Positions 13,606-26,712 of a DNA stretch of 64,000 bases are shown here, piece by piece. This DNA is from Heptranchias perlo (lineage: Eukaryota). Location: contig NC_090334.1 in the NCBI RefSeq assembly GCF_035084215.1, positions 73,904,001 to 73,968,000 on the forward strand. Direction: 5' to 3'. Below the pieces are notes generated by a model that was given only the letters and a program-made list of their open reading frames with translations, was not told where the DNA came from and made no database searches. A program made the translations under genes and the position numbers. How positions within the stretch are numbered: the first letter of the stretch is position 1; the number at the start of each line of letters is the position of its first letter.

Positions 13606-13994
13606 TCTGAATAGTCTGGAGTGATTATCTCAGCAGTGAGAGAGGAATTTGGAGAGGTATCTCGCTGAAGTTTTACCCGTGCTTTTTCACACCCTCTGGG
13701 ATTTCAGTAAATTGAGGAGGATACGATGGTGAAAGCTGGAATACCAGCGGAAAGCCAGGGGCGGATTTAACGAGCCAGAGTGGGGTATTTGCTATTTTGT
13801 TCCATGGCCTCATTCTTTCCAGTTTTCTCCCCTTTTAGTTTTACGGTGAATGAGCATTAACTGTGCAGATTTACCCACAGTTCACATTTTGCCACCTCCA
13901 AATACCAAAATCTTATAACCCTACAGCAGGATTTTGGCAGAGAGCAGTATTCGTGCAAAATGAGTGGAGTACATTTAGTACTAGCAGTTAAATA

Positions 13995-14510
13995 GAGAGG
14001 GAGAGAACAGAGGAGAGCAGAGCAGAAGAGAGGAGAGGAGAGAAGAGGAGAAGAGAGCAGAGAACAGAGGAGAGCAGAGGAAAGGTGAGCACAGCAGAAG
14101 AGAGGAGAGGAGAGGAGAGAAGAGGAGAGGAGAGCAGAGATCAGAGGAGAGCACAGCAGAAGAGAGGAGAGGAGAGAAGAGGAGAGGAGAGCAGAGATCA
14201 NNNNNNNNNNNNNNNNNNNNNNNNNNNNNNNNNNNNNNNNNNNNNNNNNNNNNNNNNNNNNNNNNNNNNNNNNNNNNNNNNNNNNNNNNNNNNNNNNNNN
14301 NNNNNNNNNNNNNNNNNNNNNNNNNNNNNNNNNNNNGAGCACAGCAGAAGAGAGGAGAGAAGACGAGAGGGGAGCAGAGAAGAGAAGAGAGGGAGAGAGG
14401 AGAGACAGAAGGAGAGAGAGCAGAGGAGAGGAGAGAGGAGAGGAGACGAGAGAGGGAGGGGGTGAGGAGAGGAGAGGGAGAGAGAGCGAGAGAAAGAGAA
14501 AGAAAGAGCG
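13995..14510. repeat. GA-rich low-complexity repeat spanning an assembly gap (N 14201-14336)
   Basis: (gagag/agcag)n purine tract with 136 N. Confidence 0.95.
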
Positions 14511-14674
14511 ATCGAGCAATTACATAGTGTTTTATCGCATCTCTCAGAAAGATTCCAAACCCTTCACATGGAATGAATGACATTGTGCAGTTACTGTTGT
14601 TATGTGAGTGATGCTGTCACACAGTCATTTTCCCTATTTCCGAGTTGCAGAAAGGAGCAGACTGATTTGACAAG

Positions 14675-14765
14675 AAAAAAACTGCAGATACTGGAAATCT
14701 GAAACAACAACAGAAAAGGCTGCAAACACTCAGCAGGTCAGTCAGCATCTGTGGGGGGAACAGAT
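14675..14765 (-). mobile_element. Fragment of a second Penelope-like terminal repeat family
   Basis: actgcagatactggaaatctgaaacaacaacagaaaaggctgcaaacactcagcaggtcagtcagcatctgtgg, a recalled common elasmobranch repeat. A degenerate relative lies near 52760-52830. Confidence 0.5.
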
Positions 14766-14818
14766 CCATCAGGTGTGGATCTTTGCAGATTTGACCTATA
14801 TGGTCACATACGTAAAAG

Positions 14819-15120
14819 AGTTGCATTTATATAGCGCCTTTCACAACCTCAGGACGTCCCGAAGTGCTTTACAGCCAATTAAATACTTTTGAAATGTAGC
14901 CACCGTTGTAATGTAAAAAATGTGGCAGCCAATTTGCGCACTGCAAGGTCCCACAAACAGCAATGTGATAATGGCCAGATAATCATCTTTAGTGATGTTG
15001 GTTGAGGGATAAATTTTGGCCAGGACATCGGGGACAATTCCCTAACTCTTTTTTGAAATAGTGCCGTGGGATATTTTACGTCCACCTGAGAGGGCAGACT
15101 TGGTTTAGTGTCTCATCTGA
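14819..15120 (-). mobile_element. SacSINE1-like SINE (5'-truncated)
   Basis: Reverse complement of the Deu core and tail. Confidence 0.8.
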
Positions 15121-15482
15121 TCAGTGCAGAATCTACTTACCTCTACTACAATAAATCACTTATGCCCCCGAGATGTCCCGACCATGATTTCAGGCTGAAG
15201 TCTTCTACTTGGAGGACATTAGTCCAGCTGTGTTTTGGCTGGTCTTCCTCCTCCCTCACTATGTTGAAATGAAGACTCATTGTTGAGTCTCCTACTCATT
15301 CTATTCCAGGATCTCAAGACAGTGGACGTCCCTCAGCCTTCCCTTCCTCCGACAATCTTCATGGCCAATCTTACATCATCCAGCCACCATTTCTTGACTC
15401 AACACATCGCCTTTTCTTCAATTTTAACCTTAGTGAAGAGCCGTGACCCTTTAGCTGGGTTCAAAATGAAAAAGAATATAAT

Positions 15483-16238
15483 GGCCCCTAAATTGCTCTG
15501 AGTGGCAACTCAGTGATGCTCGCCACTCATTAGATTTAAATTCACCCGCTAAGTTACCCCGTTCTTTTTTGGCGGCAACTTCCTTGAACCGCGAGTTCAA
15601 AAAAAAAATCAGCGTTCTTTCCCGGGCTGTGCGATAGGTGAACAGATCGCCAAGGCCCCTCAGCCAATCAGCTTGAAGCAAGCCACGTTGTGAGAACCAG
15701 CGGGTGTAGCTCGTAGACAAACAGCGCAGACTAAAAACCCAGATGTGCCCGATAAGGTATTATTAAATGATGTAGAGAAAGTGTAATAAAGAGAGGAAAA
15801 GATTAAAAGACTGAGATAAAACAGGCAGGAGGAAAAAGGGAAACATTTTTTTTAATTACAACCATTTTTAAAAAATGTTCAAAAACTATTAAAATTAGGA
15901 GTAATGAGACTTCACATTTTTAAAAGTTAATTTTTAATGCCAGAGAGGTTGTTTGGCAGTCATTAAGTCTTACCACACTGTTAAAACTTAATTTAGACCT
16001 AAAAAACCGTCCGTACCTGTTTTGTGGCGATATTAGTTCATTACAAGCTGGGCAGGAGAGCAAGTTGGCGCTGGTCCATTGATTCTATTGATTGCAGCCA
16101 GCGATTCCTTTTAATGCGAAGCTGGAAGAGCAAGTTCGGGATTTTCGCGTTTGACTGCGCGTGTACTGTCGCCAGAACTTGCTCTTCGATTTCGCCACTA
16201 ATAACGGTGAGCGCTGTTGGGAAAGCAATTTCCGGCCC
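15483..16238. mobile_element. Non-autonomous DNA transposon (Harbinger-like MITE)
   Basis: Imperfect TIRs ggcccctaaattgct / agcaatttccggccc, with no coding capacity. Confidence 0.6.
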
Positions 16239-16249
16239 ATTATAAAAGA

Positions 16250-16670
16250 AAGGCTTGCATTTATATAGCACCTTTCATGACCTCAGGACATCCCAAAGCA
16301 CTTTACAACCAGCTAATTACTTTTTGAAGTGCAGACACCATTGTAATGTAGGAAACACACAACAAGTTCCCACAAACAGCAATGAGATAAAGAACCAGAT
16401 AATCTGTTTTAGGGATAAATATTGGCCAAGACACCAAGGAGAACTTTGCTGTTCTTCTTCAAAATAGTGCCATGGGATTTTTTACATCCACCTGAGAGGG
16501 CAGACGGGGCTTCAGTTTAACATCTCATCCGAAAGACAGCACCTCCAACAGTGCAGCACTCCCTCAATACTGCACTGGTGTTTCAGCCTAAATTTCATGC
16601 TCAAGTCCCTGGTGTGGGATTTGAACCCATGACCTTCTGTCTCAGAGGTAAGAGTGCTACTCACTGCTGA
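16250..16670 (-). mobile_element. SacSINE1-like SINE
   Basis: Near full-length reverse copy. Confidence 0.82.
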
Positions 16671-17277
16671 CTTGCTGAGAACCCAGGGACCGTCAACACT
16701 TTATCTACTGTTGTTCCACCTGGAGAAAATCCCAGTCTAGTTCACAAAGTAGAACTTGTTAATGAATCCTTAGAACATCAAGCCGAGTATAAGATGATTT
16801 ATCAGTTTGCTCGCACAGCACAGAGTGCTTAGCCTTTTCTCAATGAGGGCGACTAAAAGATGAGCTGTTTAGCTTATATAAATGATGACCAATTTGCAGG
16901 ATGTCTTACTCTTTGTAGTTTTGTGAGGAAGATGACAGTTATGGACGGCCCCTTATGGAGCAGCTGTACCAATTATTGTTGAATTGGCCAATTAAAGCAC
17001 AACAGGAGCAGCTCTGACAGGAGCCGGGCTTTGGGTTGTAATGTTGCTTTGATTTAAGAGTTCTCTCCCCTCCGCTCAATGTCCCCAGGTGCCAACAACC
17101 CTCTGGTACCTCACCTAAGTGGCCGTTCGTCACACGTGAGCCCAGATAATGAGTGCCAGAATGCTCTTCCACCCTGGAAGGCATTATAGCCTAGCTTGAT
17201 CTTACCTTCACTCAACGTCTACAGACCAGGAGTCATTGGATATTGTACTTTAATCATACACTCGAATCAACAATGCT

Positions 17278-17350
17278 GGGGAACTGGGTGGTGCAGCGAG
17301 TTGGAAAGTGGTCTTTCACCTCTCTAGACCGGAGTTCAAATTTGCCCAGG
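17278..17350 (+). mobile_element. Old SINE head resembling LF-SINE
   Basis: ggggaactgggtggtgcagcgag...ctttcacctctctagaccggagttcaaatttgcccagg resembles the recalled LF-SINE tRNA head. Confidence 0.4.
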
Positions 17351-20019
17351 TTCCCACTCCTGACCTCCATCCGGTGACATCTGCTAGAGAGCTCATCTGT
17401 GCGCAACCGAGGTAAAAGTCAGGATCACCCCTCCAAGGTCAAGGAGCCTGCCATGCTCACTGTCTAGGTTCACAAGCGAAGAACGACAACTTGGGACAAC
17501 CGTTTGATCACGGTATCAGAGGACGTCCACGACCGACAGACCTGTTCCTCAGCATCAATAAGCACCACAGGAGAAGAGGGAAGAAAACTGGAGAGCTGAA
17601 AAGAAAATGTCTTCAGCTAATCGAGGCTCAGGGCTGAATGGCCTGTTGGAACTGCCGGAGCTGTGAATTGATCCTGATTCCATTGCAGGGTGGGATTAGG
17701 AGCACTGGAGGCAACACTGAAGCCGCTGTGCGCAGGTGGCTTGTGATTTTGAGTTTAAGTTTCCGGTGTTGGTACTTGCTTGATGCGGGGGAGGAGAGGG
17801 GACGTTTCTATACAGGGTGGCTGTTACAGATACCTTCTTGGGTTTAGAGGCATGGGTCACCCCTCTAAGCGCTCTGTAACAATAGTATCCATGTCTTTCA
17901 CATGTATACTCCTACAATCTCTCTGAAGATGAACTGAGCAAACTCTTGGTGAGATAAGGTTTGATACGATTCAATAAGTTATTTTATTTCACAGTGAGGC
18001 GAACATATGGAATAGCAGTTATTATCAGATTCACTTAGTTCAAACCGTACAACTAATCTTTGCGTAATAATACAAAATAAAGAACATGCCACACTACCCC
18101 ACATCAGCGGGTCATCTTACTTGACTTAACCAAGATAACATCTATCTGTTCCTCCAGCATTTCCAACCTCTTAGCCTTAGCAAAGCCCTCGCACTTTCAC
18201 TTTAAATATCTGACTGCCTGTTTCTGTGTCGATTCTGTGTTTTACCTTCCAGCTGTTCACAGATGGAAAGGGATCAAAGACCTAGCAACCAAATGGGTGT
18301 GAGGGTTGCTCATCAATTATTCAGACAAGCTAACAAATTGCTTATTGCTAACAGTCTTCAGGAAAAACAAGCTCCATTAGCATATTAACTGACATTCATC
18401 TAGGTACCTTTTTAAAAAACAAAATTGTGGGAATATATTTGGATTTAAAATCCCAACATTAAAATGACTGTTTTTCCAAATCCTTTCTGTGGAAAAAATC
18501 GTTCAGTAAAATATACTGAAACATGACACCAATAATGCAGAAAGCACCTGAATGCTCATTTAACTGGGTGTGGGAGAGGCTGTCTGAGGCTGCAATAAAA
18601 TGCTGCATTTACCCCCCCACCCCGCCAACAAGAGGCAGTACCCGCGTATGTTTGCCACTGGAGGCGCCGTGTCTGTAGGGGAGCGCGGAGAGAAAGTGCC
18701 GATTGTGATGGTTCTCTCTACTGCCAGAGGTGTTTCACCACCTGATTCCCAATGCCAGCGTTGGATTAGATTCTGCTTTTCCTCCCCTCGTCCAGATTGC
18801 ATCATATAGAAGGCGGGCGCCTCTTATAGATGGTCCATGTGATCTCTTGGACTGGTTTCGATCACCTGAGTGGGTCGGGGAGGAATTTTCCTGAATATTT
18901 TCTCCCTTATTGGCCCTGGGTTTTTTCTCTGATTTTTTTCCCCCTCTCCTGGGAGATTACATGGCTGCGCTGGGGAGCAGGTGGGAGGAAGTGTTTAATC
19001 ACGATGGTCTGGCCATCATGGTGTGTGGGGCAGGCTTGATGGACCAGCTGGTCTTTTCCTGCCTGTCGATTTTGAATGTTCCTTTCCACTCTTTTTTTTT
19101 TGCGGGTGTTATTGAAAATCACTTTGCAGTTCTGCAGTAACTACAGTAACAGTTTTCTTTTACATAAACAACGTGAGCTGTTTGAAGATCGTGTTTATGG
19201 TTGAAAGCACTGAAATTGCCTGATGTCTCCATGGGGCCAACAGAGAGCTGCAGTTGCCCTGAAACCTCAGGAGCATTCTAACTAAAAAATCAAAGGCTTT
19301 TTTTTTTATTAAGTAAGGACTGCAGCCACAAACACTCTCCAATGATAGATGTTACTGCCTCTTTGGTTACAAGTCGGACCGATTATGAAAACACATATTG
19401 ATCGTGCTAAAATCAAGACACAAAATTTGTTCACTGGCCGGTCAAAATATCAAGTGTTTCCCGTAACAAAAAAAAAGCAACCAAGGAAAATCTGATACGG
19501 TACGTTTAGAACCCGAGAGAGAAAGAAAAAGAGGGACAGAAAAAGGCAGCACGTGTTATCAGTGCTGTCTTAATCTAAATTGCTTTGAGTTCTTGTATAT
19601 ATTAATACTCCTAAGGCACGAACTTCCCTCTGTGATTCATAACCAAGCGTTACCTTCCTCACCTTGGATTCCATACATAAGGCTGCCCAGAGTGGGCAAT
19701 GGTTTGCCGTGGGAATTGAAGCACTGAGTGACTCCGTCTGATTGTTTTTGTCTGATTACGTTCCCGTGATGTGTCTTGGGATCTTTTACCATGATATAGG
19801 CGCTATATAAATGCAGGTTGTTGTCATTGTTGTTGTGATTGATGGACTGAACCATGAACGGCTTAACCGCTCGTGGAAAAGGAAGTCGGGCAGAGTGGGA
19901 GATGGCCGGCCGATTCACTATCGTCCGTTTCTGCCCACGACGAATTTCACTCCCACACCCATTAGAGGAGGAGGTTTGACAGGCACTCAATCGCCAGGGA
20001 AACGTGGCTACCTCCCAAT

Positions 20020-20590
20020 CACAAAACCCTGGTTAGACCATACCTGGAGTACTGTGTTCAGTTCTGGGCACCGCACCTTGGGAAGGATATATTGGCCTTG
20101 GAGGGAGTGCAGCGTAGGTTTACTAGAACGATATCTGGACTCCAAGGGTTAAATTACGAGGAGAGATTACATAAACTAGGGTTGTATTCCCTGAAATTTA
20201 GAAGATTAAGGGGTGATTCGATCAAAGTTTTCACGATATTAAAGGGAACTGATAGGGTAGATAGAGGGAAACTATTTCTGCTGGTTGGGGAGTCTAGGAC
20301 TAGGGGACATAGCCTTAAAAATTAGAGCCAGGACTTTCAGGAGTGAAGTTAGGAGCCACTTCTACACGCAAAGGGTGGTAGAAGTTTGGAACTCTCTTCT
20401 GCAAATGGCAGTTGATGCTAGTTCAATTGTGAATTTTAATCTGAGATTGATGGATTTTTGTTAACCAAAGGTGTTAAGAGATCTGGGGCTAAGACGGTAT
20501 ATGGAGTATAGGATACAGAGCAGCCATGATCTTATTGAATGGCGGAACAGGCTCGAGGGGCTAAATGGCCTACTTCTGTTCCTATATTCC
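20020..20590 (+). mobile_element. CR1 LINE 3' fragment
   Basis: ALEGVQRRFTR...LGLYSLKFRRLRGD; same subfamily as 45085-46725. Confidence 0.88.
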
Positions 20591-21825
20591 TATCACCTTC
20601 ACATAACCCTAATCAAACAGAAGCTCAGACGAGCCGACCAGACGAGTCTGACAAACTGTCCCAGTGCTTAAGAATGACATGATTGTCTTAGAGGAATAAT
20701 GCTCACCTGAACCTAAATTGAGCGACAGTTCATATAATCCCAAATGAATCTGAATTGACCCAGCTCAGCTCATTTCAGAATCCCATTAGTTGGAGTCACG
20801 TTCCTGATCTAATTTCTAGCTGTGGACCAAAGACACACTTTTGCTCCCAGCTTGAGTTTTGAAAATGTTGACCCCCAAAATAGGTTTACAGGTTTAAAAA
20901 AACCCAATATGTCGGGCCACATTTTTCATCGTATATCAATATCATGTCAATATTACTATATTGGAAAATATGCTAGTTGAGTTACTCAGGTTGGAGAGTC
21001 TGGAAGGCATTCGGATAGCAGAGCATGGAAGGGTGTTCAGAACTTAATCACGCTTCATATCATTTGCATGGTTTGTTATTTCAGTGTGTCCATAAACACT
21101 GATTGTGTACAAAGATGTGTACATCAATGTATCCATAAATACTGATCGTGTACAAACATGTGTACGTCAATGTGTCCATGGAACACTTATTTTTTTCCCT
21201 CCCTAGTTTAGGGATACTGAGATTAATTGTAACACTGCAACTGCTATCGAGCTGAGACTAGTCTGTGTGGCTTAGTTCCACACAGGGGTGTTGCCTTTTA
21301 CCCACCGGCTCATCAGGAAAGCTGGGTTCACATTCCTAATTGATGAATGAGGTTACTTCTGATTTAAAAGAACTGTAGCTGATTTTACATTCCAGCTCTT
21401 CCGATGTGAGTACACAGGAGAACAGTACTTTCCTACATTAAAACAGTGACTACACTTCAAAAGTACTTCATTGACTGTAAAGCGCTTTGGGACGACCTGA
21501 GGTTGTGAAAGGCGCGATATAAATGCAAGTCTGTCTTTCTTTTTATTAAACACAGGAAAGAGTTTATCGTTACATTTGCCACTGCCCCAAAGAGGAGCAT
21601 AGAAGAGATAACTTACGCAGCCTGCCTTTATAAACCTACACATTTCGTTGGAAGCACTGTGATTGAGCTATCAGCTTGCATCTTCTGGAATACGACTGAA
21701 CAAAGAAATCCCCAGCCTCACCGGCCTGCCCGAATTATTATCTCTTAGCTATCCCTAATACCGCAGACACTCAAAGACTTCATGTGTCTCTGGGTACAGA
21801 TAAGTCACTGCTCAGCGATAGTCAA

Positions 21826-23257
21826 TGTAAACAATTTTACAACACCAAGTTATAGTCCAACGATTTTATTTGAAATTTACAAGCTTTCGGAGGCTTCCTC
21901 CTTCCTCAGGTAAATGTCAGGAACTCCTCGAAGCCTACGCATTTATAAATCACAGAACAATACATGGTGATTACAGATAGTCTTTGCAACTGCCCGTTGC
22001 CAAGGCAATCACCGTGTTCAGACAGAGAGGTGTTATCTACAGAGCCCCCGAATATACAGTGAACAAAAAAAAACAAACAGAAAAAAAATCAGAGAGAGAG
22101 AGGCAGAAACATCCGGAAGGCAGAGAAAGCCAGCAAATGACCCGTTATATTAAAAACAGATAGCTTTTGTTCGCTGGTGGGCTTACGTGTAGCGTGACAT
22201 GAACCCAAGATCCCGGTTGAGGCCGTCCTCATGGGTGCGGAACTTAGCTATCAATTTCTGCTCGACGATTTTGCGTTGTCGTGTGTCTCGAAGGCCGCCT
22301 TGGAGTACACTTACCCGAAGGTTGGTGGCTGAATGTCCCTGACTGCTGAAGTGTTCCCCGACTGGGAGGGAACCCTCCTGTCTGGCGATTGTTGCGCGGT
22401 GTCCGTTCATCCGTTGTCGCAGCGTCTGCATGGTCTCGCCAATGTACCATGCTCTGGGGCATCCTTTCCTGCAACGTATGAGGTAGACAACGTTGGCCAT
22501 GTCACAGGAGTATGAACCATGCACCTGGTTCATACTCCTGTGACTCGGCCAACGTTGTCTACCTCATACGTTGCAGGAAAGGATGCCCCAGAGCATGGTA
22601 CATTGGCGAGACCATGTAGACGCTGCGACAACGGATGAACGGACACCGCGCAACAATTGCCAGACAGGAGGGTTCCCTCCCAGTCGGGGAACACTTCAGC
22701 AGTCAGGGACATTCAGCCACCGACCTTCGGGTAAGTGTACTCCAAGGCGGCCTTTGAGACACATGACAACGCAAAATCGTCGAGCAGAAATTGATAGCTA
22801 AGTTCCGCACCCATGAGGACGGCCTCAACCGGGATCTTGGGTTCATGTCTCGCTACACATAAGCCCACCAGCGAACAAAAGCTATCTGTTTTTAATATAA
22901 CGGGTCATTTGCTGGCTTTCTCTGCCTTCCGGATGTTTCTGCCTCTCTCTCTCTGATTTTTTTTCTGTTTGTTTTTTTTTGTTCACTGTATATTCGGGGG
23001 CTCTGTAGGTAACACCTCTCTGTCTGAACACGGTGATTGCCTTGGCAATGGGCAGTTGCAAAGACTATCTGTAATCACCATGTATTGTTCTGTGATTTAT
23101 AAATGCGTAGGCTTCGAGGAGTTCCTGACATTTACCTGAGGAAGGAGGAAGCCTCCGAAAGCTTGTAAATTTCAAATAAAATCGTTGGACTATAACTTGG
23201 TGTTGTAAAATTGTTTACAATTGTCAACCCCAGTCCATCACCGGCATCTCCACATCA
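21826..23257. mobile_element. Penelope-like element (Neptune-type) 3' portion arranged as a ~1.4-kb inverted repeat
   Basis: ORF 22183..22533(-) encodes a GIY-YIG endonuclease (NVVYLIRCRKGC...WYIGET...RMNGH...GEHF...GLN). A mirror copy on + starts at 22526, with a 6-nt spacer at 22520-22525. An unpaired ~37-nt tail lies at ~23220-23257. TSD atagtcaatgta at 21818-21829 and 23257-23268. Confidence 0.92.
23130..23170 (+). ncRNA. Minimal type-I hammerhead ribozyme motif (Penelope-associated); mirror copy on minus at 21875-21915
   Basis: ATTTAC-CTGAGGA-A-GGAGG(AAG)CCTCC-GAAA-GCTT-GTAAAT: stem I, CUGANGA core, stem II hairpin, GAAA, and a palindromic AAGCTT in place of stem III. Confidence 0.75.
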
Positions 23258-24564
23258 TAGTCAATGTAGGCAGCATGTGAAGTCCTGACCCACTCTACTG
23301 AATGTGAACTCAAACTCTGCTACCAATGGATTTATACATTTTGACGGTGCAGACGTAGGGCGCTACAACCTATAACACAGACTTAAAGGATCCATGAAAG
23401 GGGAAAATAAGTGACAGACAAATTGCGCAGATGCTGACTGACACAGGCGCCGCGGGCAACTAATCTGCACGTAGGTTTTTTGAGGGACATATAACATATT
23501 GACGCAGACACGAATGAGTGAAGAGGATTTAGTTCTGAGGTTTAAGAGCTAAAGGAACACAACCAGTTAAGCCGACTAACTGGAATCTTTAATTTTTATC
23601 TTAACATCACCGTTAAATTCAGCACCATTTCTAATCATTTTAAAAAATTCAATAAGATACCTTGGGGAAGGTTTGATATCGCTGGAGGCCATGAAAGGTT
23701 AGATGTTGCCAACATGGGCTTCAAAAGCTTGTAGATTGTAGAAGAAAGGGAGGCCCGAGGAAGACCTAAGGCAGTCCACCATTCTGAGGCCAATGCTGAA
23801 TCTGAGCTTTACACTGCCTCTGAGCTTGATCTGGGACTGGCCTGGCTTGATGGGACCGCAGACCTGGGGACGTACCGTGCCTCTGGCACAGCACAGTGTG
23901 GAGGGAGCATTACAGAAGAGTCAATCAGGCCTTCAGTCCCATCAGTCTGACTGGATTTGAAACCAGTTCAAATAAAGGCGAAAGGTGAAAAGCTGGTGAC
24001 TTGGCCTGTTGCACCACCCAGTAACCCCCAGCCCACCCCCTTCAATAATTGTTACATCGTCCCAAACTTCTTTCTTTCCTTACAGTTCAGTTTCTTTCAG
24101 TGCCGTGACATTGAATATTTTAAGGCAGCCTTCCTACATATACATATATCATATACTTATTTAAATAAACGCACTACGTTTTTTTTGCCACCTTCACCAG
24201 TTAGGACAGAATAACGAAAGTTGAACACTGTGGGTAAATCCATTTAAACATCCTTTATTATTCAGTCAGCACTGCTGTATCATCTCCACTTGAAAAGTCT
24301 GAACAAAAACAACAACTTGCATTTATATAGCGGCTTTAACGTAGTAAAACGTCCCAAGGCGCTTCACCGGAGCGATTATCAAACTAAATTTGACACTAAG
24401 CCACATAATGAGATATAAGGACAGGTGTCCAAAAGCTTGGCCAAAGAGGTAGGTTTTAAGGAGCGTCTGAAAGGAGAAGAGAGAGGTGGAGAGGTTTAGG
24501 GAGGGAATTCCAGAGCTTAGGGCCGAGGCAGCTGAAGTTGGTTGGTGCTTAAACATAACAAAGA

Positions 24565-25120
24565 TGTCAGCCTTGTCTCAGTGGGTAGCACTCCTGCCTC
24601 TGAGTGAGAGGATTCGTGGGTTCAAGCCCCACTCCAGAAGCTTGAGTGGCAGAGCTGCGATGCTGCCCACGGTGGAACAGCCTGCCCACACTCACTGCCC
24701 AGGTTCACACACGAAGCGTAGCCACTCGTGCAAGATAGCAGAGAACAGCCAGCATCCATCATAGTCCAGTGCTGAGGGAGTGCTGCACTGTCGGAGGTGC
24801 CGTCTTTCGGATGAGACGTTAAACTGAGGCTTTATATGCCCTTTCGGGTGGATGTAAAAGATCCGTTGGCACTATTTCGAAGAAGAGCGGAGGAGTTCTC
24901 TCCTGTGTCCTGGCCAATATTTAGCCCCCAATCAACGTCACTGAAAAACAGATTACCTGGTCATTTATCTCATTGTTGTTTGTGGGATCTTGCTGGGTGC
25001 AAATTGGCTGCCGCGTTTCCCTACATTACAACAGTGACTGCACTTCAAAAGCACCTCATTGGCTGTGAAGTGCTGTGGGATTTGATGAAAGATGCCATAT
25101 AAGTGCAAACTCTTTCTTCT
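24565..25120 (+). mobile_element. SacSINE1-like SINE interrupted by a ~115-bp foreign segment (~24646-24762)
   Basis: Head, core and tail are present. The insert recurs at ~26826-26944. Confidence 0.82.
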
Positions 25121-25383
25121 TTCTTTCAATGCTTACAGCAGAATACGCAAAACTTTTGTAAAGATACAGTTTAAAAAAAGTAGTCCTTCTCTTCAAACCA
25201 AGTTGGTGCTGGTTGTTTGTTAGCCCTGCCCTTTTGGATTCATGGCATGGAAGTCAGATCGTGTTGCTGCACGTTCCACTCTCTCCCACTCTCAGCCACA
25301 GGGGGGAAGGGAATGCTACAAGATAGCCGCTGCTGCATCTCATGTTTAGGGAAAGGAAGAATTGGCTAAGGTTTCCCATCCTA

Positions 25384-26712
25384 GAACATAAGAACATAAG
25401 AAATAGGAGCAGGAGTAGGCCAATTGGCCCCTCGAGCCTGCTCCGTCATTCAATAAGATCATGGCTGATCTGATCCTAACCTCAAATCTAAATTCATGTC
25501 CAATTTCCTGCCCGCTCCCCGTAACCCCTAATTCCCTTTACATCTAGGAAACTGTCGATTTCTGTTTTAAATTTATTTAATGATGTAGCTTCCACAGCTT
25601 CCTGGGGCAGCAAATTCCACAGACCTACTACCCTCTGAGTGAAGAAGTTTCTCCTCATCTCAGTTTTGAAAGAGCAGCCCCTTATTCTAAGATTATGCCC
25701 CCAGTTCTAGTTTCACCCATCCTTGGGAACATCCTTACCGCATCCACCCAATCAAGCCCCTTCACAATCTTATGTTTCAATAAGATCGCCTCTCATTCTT
25801 CTGAACTCCAATGAGTAGAGTCCCAATCTACTCAACCTCTCCTCATATGTCCACCCCCTCATCCCCGAGATTAACCGAGTGAACCTTCTTTGTACTGCCT
25901 CGAGAGCAAGTACGTCTTTTCTTAAGTATGGAGACCAAAACTGTATGCAGTATTCCAGGTGCGGTCTCACCAATACCTTATATAACTGCAGCAATACCTC
26001 CCTGTTTTTATATTCTATCCCCCTAGCAATAAAAGCCAACATTCCGTTGGCCTTCTTGGTCACCTGCTGCACCTGCATACTAACTTTGTGCTGCAGTACT
26101 TTCCAGTTTCACGCCATTAGGATAATAACTTGCTCTCTGATTTTTCCTGCCAAAGTGCATAACCTCACATTTTCCAATATTGTATTACATCTGCCAAATC
26201 TCCGCCCAGTCACCCAGCCTGTCTATATCCCCCTGTAGGTTTTTTATGTCCTCCTCACTCTCCACTTTCCCTCCCATCTTTGTATCATCTGCAAACTTTG
26301 ATATGTTACACTCGGTCCCCTCCTCCAAATCGTTAATATAGATTGTAAAGAGTTGGGGACCCAGCACCGACCCCTGCGGAACACCACTGGCTACAGGTTG
26401 CCAGTCCGAGAATGAACCATTTATCCCAACTCTCTGCTTCCTGTTAGATAACCAATCCTCCACCCATGCCAGAATATTACCCCCAATCCAGTGATTCTTT
26501 ATCTTGAGCAATAATCTTTTATGTGGCACCTTGTCGAATGCCTTCTGGAAGTCTAAATACACTACGTCCACTGGTTCCCCTTTATCCACCCTGTACGTTA
26601 TGTCCTCAAAGAACTCAAGCAAATTTGTCAGACATGACTTCCCCTTCGTAAAGCCGTGCTGACTTTGTCCTATTAAATTATGTTTATCCAAATGTTCTGC
26701 TACTGTCTCCTT
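25384..26712 (-). mobile_element. CR1 LINE (young subfamily) with a small internal deletion
   Basis: RT motifs [47 protein letters not shown]; (aacataag)n tail. Confidence 0.93.

Noticed and set aside
13857-14583. ORFs spanning the N run
   Set aside because: Low-complexity GA repeat plus an assembly gap.
17822-18351. Possible solo LTR (tgttac...taaca, reverse AATAAA)
   Set aside because: No matching TSD and no second copy, so support is insufficient.
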